Below are positions 59,373 to 64,000 of a stretch of DNA of 64,000 bases, one piece after another (positions within the stretch are counted from its first letter, which is position 1; every line of letters begins with the position of its first letter). The translations under genes and the position numbers were made by a program. The DNA is from Candidatus Poribacteria bacterium (GTDB lineage Bacteria; Poribacteria; WGA-4E; WGA-3G): positions 544,001-608,000 of the forward strand of contig OZ251518.1 of NCBI GenBank assembly GCA_965242965.1, in the 5' to 3' direction. The notes beneath the pieces were generated by a model, which was given only the letters and a program-made list of their open reading frames with translations, was not told the origin of the DNA and did no database searches.

Positions 59373-60329
59373 CTACTGACGCTTCATTTTACCCCAGACC
59401 GTGGTTAACTGCGATGCTTTCGGCGCAACGGGCAACGCTACTTCGTCAAACCAGTCCGCATCGGTATTGTTTCCCTTGGTTGTGAGTTGTATCGGTTTCC
59501 CGCGTCCTGTCACAGCGACTTTGTAGAGCTGCGTCCGTCCTCCCTCTTTTCTCTCATACAGGATCTCATCGCCGTGCGGGGACCAGGTTGGATGATTGAC
59601 AATCCGATCTTTCACGAGATGCTTCACCTGAACGCCATCGCGAGACGTAATGTAGAGCGACATCTTATCGTCTACGCGCAGCGGACCGACTTGATTCCGC
59701 GGCCACTTGAAGCCGGCAAACGCGAGCCCATCACCGGCAGGAGACCAGGCGGGGTGTTTCATGATATACTTTTGTTCCCGAAGTAGCACATCTACGCTGC
59801 CTGTGTAGACATTGATGAGGTAAATATCCATACTCCCTCCCCAACCGTAGGCGATTTCTGTTCCATCAGGTGACCAGGTTGGATAGGCATATCTCCAATC
59901 AATTCGCGCCAATTGTTTGGCACCTGCGCCGGTGCGAGTCGCAGTCTTTATCATGTTTTTGTCGTGCCGCACGTAGGCAATCTGGATGTTGTCAGGAGAC
60001 CAGGTGGGTTCGGCGCGGTGTCTCGCGTTTTTAAAGACAGGACGCACTCTACTTCCATCCGCACGCATCAAATATAAATCCGGTATCCTGTCGCGAGTTG
60101 ACACAAATAGGATATGCTTGCCATCGGGGGACCAGGCCGGGTCAAAATCTTCCGCAGGGTGACGGGTTAAATTCGTCTGTTTGCGTCCATCGGGATTCAT
60201 GACGTAGATGTCTCTGTTCCCATCTCGGTTTGAGGTAAAGGCAATTTTGTGTTGGGTTCGCGCGTGTGCATGTAGACACAATAGGGAGAGGATTAGGACG
60301 CAAAAAAGCGTTAGACAGAGAGGTTTCAT
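59373..60329 (-). CDS. Secreted TolB-like PD40-repeat protein with WGxxK tail
   Basis: IAFTSNRDGN, repeated P.WSPDG; ends QLTTVWGKMKRQ. Confidence 0.88.
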   Translation of the reverse strand: MKPLCLTLFCVLILSLLCLHAHARTQHKIAFTSNRDGNRDIYVMNPDGRKQTNLTRHPAEDFDPAWSPDGKHILFVSTRDRIPDLYLMRADGSRVRPVFKNARHRAEPTWSPDNIQIAYVRHDKNMIKTATRTGAGAKQLARIDWRYAYPTWSPDGTEIAYGWGGSMDIYLINVYTGSVDVLLREQKYIMKHPAWSPAGDGLAFAGFKWPRNQVGPLRVDDKMSLYITSRDGVQVKHLVKDRIVNHPTWSPHGDEILYERKEGGRTQLYKVAVTGRGKPIQLTTKGNNTDADWFDEVALPVAPKASQLTTVWGKMKRQ

Positions 60330-60381
60330 GATGAAAAGAAAATGAGTGCCGGGAGGGCACGATGCCCTCCCGAACGCGAAA

Positions 60382-61248
60382 TTAGCGCACCTGTTTAATC
60401 GAACCCCAGGTTGTCGCTAACTTGTTCTTGGCTTCGACATCAAACGTGCCGTTTTCAGCGAGCCAGTTGTTGATGAACTCGGCGACACCGACACCACGGA
60501 TGTCGGGCTTATCGGCCCACACCGGGGCACCGAGCTGCCACATCGCGGCAATCATGCCAGTGCCATCTTTTCCAGGCGTTTTACTGACTGCCACCGCCGG
60601 GTCTGCCGTGTTTTTATCCGATTGTGCGAAAACGACGACATCCCAATCTGAACCATCAAACTGTTCAAGATGCCACGGACGGGTGGATTTGAAAGGCTTC
60701 ATCGAGGGAATAGCCTTTTTCCCGATGTCTGTCGGTTCCGAATTACCACCCCGGTCGGCGAAGGTGAGGTTATCAATGTCAAAGACATTTGCGGCTCCCG
60801 CTGCGCCATTATCGGGGCTCCGAACGCCGCCTTCGTAGCTCATGTAGAAAATCCAGTCGGCGACGTTAATGACGACGTTGCCTTCTTCAACGAAGTTTTC
60901 CACGTTAGAGCCATCAGGCTTTTTGTTCGGGAACGGATACAACGCGCTCGGTGTTGTGCCGCACGCGAGGATGATAACGTCTTGCTGCCCGTTGCCGGTA
61001 TGTTCAACGCACCACTGCGCGAGTGGGGAATTGTCACCCTCTTCGTCGCCATCACCGAAATCTTCGATGCTGTTGAAGAGTGCCTTGATACCGGCATCGT
61101 TCTTGATCGCCTTAACATTTTCTGCTACCGCACCGTCGGAAATCCAACCGGGATTCGTCGGGCCGGAGTAAAATGCCAAGTCATTGGCTTGAACGATAGC
61201 CATGCTGCTCATGAGAGCAAAAATGGCTAGACACACATAGAATTTCAT
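60382..61248 (-). CDS. Secreted hypothetical protein with WGxxK tail (paralog A)
   Basis: Signal peptide; clearly similar to 61410-62285; ends KLATTWGSIKQVR. Confidence 0.85.
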   Translation of the reverse strand: MKFYVCLAIFALMSSMAIVQANDLAFYSGPTNPGWISDGAVAENVKAIKNDAGIKALFNSIEDFGDGDEEGDNSPLAQWCVEHTGNGQQDVIILACGTTPSALYPFPNKKPDGSNVENFVEEGNVVINVADWIFYMSYEGGVRSPDNGAAGAANVFDIDNLTFADRGGNSEPTDIGKKAIPSMKPFKSTRPWHLEQFDGSDWDVVVFAQSDKNTADPAVAVSKTPGKDGTGMIAAMWQLGAPVWADKPDIRGVGVAEFINNWLAENGTFDVEAKNKLATTWGSIKQVR

Positions 61249-61409
61249 GATATGGAATTCCTCCTAGTTGTTGGAGCGGTTCGTTAGGAACAGCTCTATT
61301 TATCTTTATCGGACAGACGTGGCACCGTTTCCCATGTAATAGGCGCGCTAGTTCAGTGGCGCGGCGCAAACCGCGCCTACTAACTAGCGTCTGTCCTGTC
61401 GATCGAATA

Positions 61410-62285
61410 CTAGCGACCGGATTTGATTCGTCCCCAGGTTGTCGCTACTTTGTCCTGGGCTTCTACCGGGGTTGTGGTGATTTCGCCGTTTTCAACGAGC
61501 CAGTTGGCGATAAATTCAATAACGCCGGCGGCTCTCGGGTCATCGCCTTCCCAGTCTGGTTGTGCTTTCTGCCACATCGCGGCGATAATACCGCCGTATG
61601 TCTGGTTCACGGCGACGGCCGGGTCTGCAGAATTCGGGTCATCGTTTGAAATAGCAAACGGGGTGACTTCCCAATCCGTGCCTTCAAATTGCTCAAGGTG
61701 CCACGGCCGGTCAGACTGAAATTCCACGAGCGAGGGGATATATTTACTCCCCATGTCTGTGGGCACCGCCGGGCCGCCCCGGTTGCCGAAACTGAGTCCC
61801 GGTATATCAAACACGTTAGCGGCACCGTCCGCGCCGTTATCAGCACTTCGCGAACCGCCTTCGTAACTCATATACAGAATCCAATCGGCGACGTTGATGA
61901 AGACGTTCCCGTCCTCAACGAAGTTCTCGATGTTGGACCCGTCGGGATCGGCGTTTGGAAATTGGTAAATCGCGCTCGGCGCGGTGCCGGAAGCAGCGAT
62001 GAAGACATCCTGCTGGCCGTTGCCTGTGTGTTCCTGCATCCACAGGCCGAGTGCGGAATCGTATCCGACTTCGTCGCCATCACCGTAAACGTTGATGGTT
62101 TCAAAGATGGCTTTCATATCGGCATCGTTTGCGACGGCCTCACCGTTCGCGATGGCGGCTTCCTGCGAGATCCAGCCGGGGTTCGTCGGACCCGAGTAGA
62201 TTGCCAAGTCCGCCGCGGGCGCGTTGGATAAGCCAATGAGTGAAAGCGATAAACTCAGTATCGCTACGAGGAAAATTTTTCGCAT
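61410..62285 (-). CDS. Secreted hypothetical protein with WGxxK tail (paralog B)
   Basis: Shared YSGPTNPGWIS, HTGNGQQDV, INVADWI.YMSYEGG, RPWHLEQF; ends KVATTWGRIKSGR. Confidence 0.85.
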   Translation of the reverse strand: MRKIFLVAILSLSLSLIGLSNAPAADLAIYSGPTNPGWISQEAAIANGEAVANDADMKAIFETINVYGDGDEVGYDSALGLWMQEHTGNGQQDVFIAASGTAPSAIYQFPNADPDGSNIENFVEDGNVFINVADWILYMSYEGGSRSADNGADGAANVFDIPGLSFGNRGGPAVPTDMGSKYIPSLVEFQSDRPWHLEQFEGTDWEVTPFAISNDDPNSADPAVAVNQTYGGIIAAMWQKAQPDWEGDDPRAAGVIEFIANWLVENGEITTTPVEAQDKVATTWGRIKSGR

Positions 62286-62620
62286 GAATCAGCTCCTTTT
62301 GCATCCAGTCTGCGCAAAACAGATTGCGCAGAACAGGCAAAACAGAATAGCCCGCGACAAAACTCCCCGTGTGATACGGAGAGTGCGCGGGCACAATGAT
62401 AGTGACAGGACGGCAGCAGCTGCCGACGCGTCGTTATGATAATAGGAAGAGTAATAGTTGTTAAGTGAGGGGGGGGTGGTTAGCGATGCGTCACGAGCGT
62501 TACGGACACGGTGAGGCGCAAAGAGGTGTCGTCCCCACGATGCGTGGAGCCTTCCTTGCACGTTCCCTATTTTCACTGAGGTTTTGACACTGCAGTTTTT
62601 CACGCTCGTTTTCCCGTTCG

Positions 62621-63349
62621 TTATCGCTTGAGTTCTCCCCACGTCACGGCGAGTTTGTCATGGGGTTCAACCGCGAGGTTTACCCCGTTAGGATTATCGT
62701 AAAGATAGACGTTGTCAATATAGTAGTGCTGGAGTTGGTTCGTATGAATCCCGAGCACCCCCATCGGATGGAGGTCCTTCGGGTCACTCCATTCTACTAC
62801 TTTTTCAAAGACGAGCGCGCCCTGCCTCTTGATGAAGAGTTGGAAGTTGTTCCCATCGCCAAGCAGCGAGAGCGTATACCACTCCTTGCTTACAACCTGC
62901 ATCGGGAATTCGGCCCGATGGTCCCGATATTCAGTCCAGGTCCCCCGGTCGTTTCCTTCGCGTTTATACCAGCGTGCGGAATTCGGGCGACCGGCACCGT
63001 CAGCCGGCGTGATGATCAGTTGATAGAAATGGTAGTCCCTGTCAGCGCGAAACAAGAGTTCCATCTTGCTCGGGAACGGATCAACCAGCAGTTGGAAATC
63101 CAGTTGGAGCCCGAAGTTTTCAAACTCTATCTTGCCGTACCCGAAGTCGACTTCGCCATTTCCATCGCCGGCAATCCGGTGGATTTCCAGTTTGCCGCCC
63201 TTCACATCCCACGATTCTTTCTGGCCTTCCCAGAAATTATTTTTCAATTTGCCTGTGAAGTCATCTGCCATGAGCAGGCCCGCCTCACTCTGCGGACACA
63301 GCAAAAGCACAGATGCTAGCAGGCAGGAAAGAATAACAATCTTTCGCAC
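62621..63349 (-). CDS. Secreted beta-sandwich hypothetical protein with WGxxK tail
   Basis: GTG start after GGAGG; signal peptide; DDF..W..; IDNV; ends AVEPHDKLAVTWGELKR. Confidence 0.82.
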   Translation of the reverse strand: MRKIVILSCLLASVLLLCPQSEAGLLMADDFTGKLKNNFWEGQKESWDVKGGKLEIHRIAGDGNGEVDFGYGKIEFENFGLQLDFQLLVDPFPSKMELLFRADRDYHFYQLIITPADGAGRPNSARWYKREGNDRGTWTEYRDHRAEFPMQVVSKEWYTLSLLGDGNNFQLFIKRQGALVFEKVVEWSDPKDLHPMGVLGIHTNQLQHYYIDNVYLYDNPNGVNLAVEPHDKLAVTWGELKR

Positions 63350-63361
63350 AGCGATTTCCTC

Positions 63362-63712
63362 CGTTGAAATAAGCATTATTGTTGACATACTCCCTACACG
63401 CTAAAGCGTGGGGATTCAATGGTGTCGGTATCCCGTTGCTTCGTGTGGAATTCTGCGATGTGTGCGACCGACCGCACGCGTGAGATGCGCGGTTACCCGC
63501 GCCTGACACTCACTCTCACACTAGACTGATGCCCCGCCTAGATGATGGGTGGTAGATAACCGAACGATGCAGCATGACCCGACTTTCGCTCAGTCATCTA
63601 CCGTCGATGTTTTACAGGGTCTCACCTGCAACCCGCCAACGCCTCTTTCCACAGAGACAGATAGGCACCGCGACTTAGAATGCCGCGGGTGGAAACGCCT
63701 ATCTGGCAGGTT
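63362..63712 (-). ncRNA. TnpB omegaRNA-like structured RNA with flanking guide
   Basis: Internal promoter TTGCAT-17-TATAAT (63747-63719); dense hairpins; 3' part GGGGCATC..GTGTCAG..GAATCCCACGCTTTAGCGTG..GTCAA resembles tnpB 3'-end RNA scaffolds. Confidence 0.6.
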
Positions 63713-63811
63713 ATAGATATTATACCACATTTCTTTTTGGAATGCAAGTCTTTTTGATTTCATACCGTTAGCAATGTCTACATCCCGCAGTCTGAAGACT
63801 GGGGATTTGAC
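63382..63811 (-). mobile_element. Non-autonomous IS200/IS605-family element (PATE-like)
   Basis: Minus strand: TTGAT | left-end hairpin ATCCCCAGTCTTCAGACTGCGGGAT ... right-end GAATCCCACGCTTTAGCGTGTAGGGAGTATGTCAA; no tnpA or tnpB ORF. Confidence 0.8.
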
Positions 63812-63828
63812 ATCAAAGATGATATTAA

Positions 63829-63858
63829 TTATAACGTATTGGAACGGCATTTGTCAAG
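63829..63858 (-). promoter_or_regulatory. Sigma70 promoter, probable original promoter of 62621-63349
   Basis: Minus strand TTGACA-18 bp-TATAAT, about 12 bp upstream of the TTGAT insertion site. Confidence 0.7.
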
Positions 63859-63939
63859 TTTTTTTGCAAAATTCCGCGAAAAATGTTATTTTTTTTATGA
63901 GACATGCCAAATCGAAAAAAGTTCGTGAAAGGATAGAGT

Positions 63940-64000
63940 ATGCAATTGAAACGTAAAACCGTAGAGCGTTGGCTGCAAACCGTGCTCGCTTTTGTGCTGC
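63940..64000 (+). CDS. Start of a gene running off the window
   Basis: RBS AAAGGA, then MQLKRKTVERWLQTVLAFVL, open to the edge. Confidence 0.5.
   Translation, partial: MQLKRKTVERWLQTVLAFVL

Noticed and set aside
63520-63605. GACTGA / TCAGTC pair suggesting a group I intron P7 (IStron) after TTGAT
   Set aside because: The element ends in TCAA rather than a terminal G, sits in a UTR with its own promoter, and GACTGA fits a local hairpin; an Infernal group I scan would settle it.

Overview
Bacterial chromosomal segment, most likely Candidatus Poribacteria (inferred from PhyH dioxygenases, WD40, LamG and cohesin/dockerin-FGE proteins and a recurrent C-terminal WGxxK tail; not checked against a database). 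It carries housekeeping genes (partial dnaK, fabV, thiE, glpK, a phosphohexomutase), secreted proteins, an ECF sigma/FHA/TPR-peptidase cluster and a sigma54 two-component system. Defence and accessory genes include two fused restriction-modification enzymes, TcmP-DUF5131, tandem MNT-HEPN fusions and an AAA/PD-(D/E)xK protein. Most large intergenic gaps are mosaics of several GTAG-type REP palindromes, often bounded by a GAGGGTGTTTCATA terminal inverted repeat; two such elements enclose an antitoxin gene followed by only the first codons of its toxin. The clearest non-coding signal is a 430-bp protein-free IS200/IS605-type element (63382-63811) with a TTGAT target, both hairpin ends, its own promoter and a long structured TnpB-omegaRNA-like transcript. 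Six secreted proteins share an uncharacterised C-terminal motif, and there are several candidate small RNAs and operators. Start codons were adjusted by eye using RBS position; all family calls come from motif recognition, not searches.
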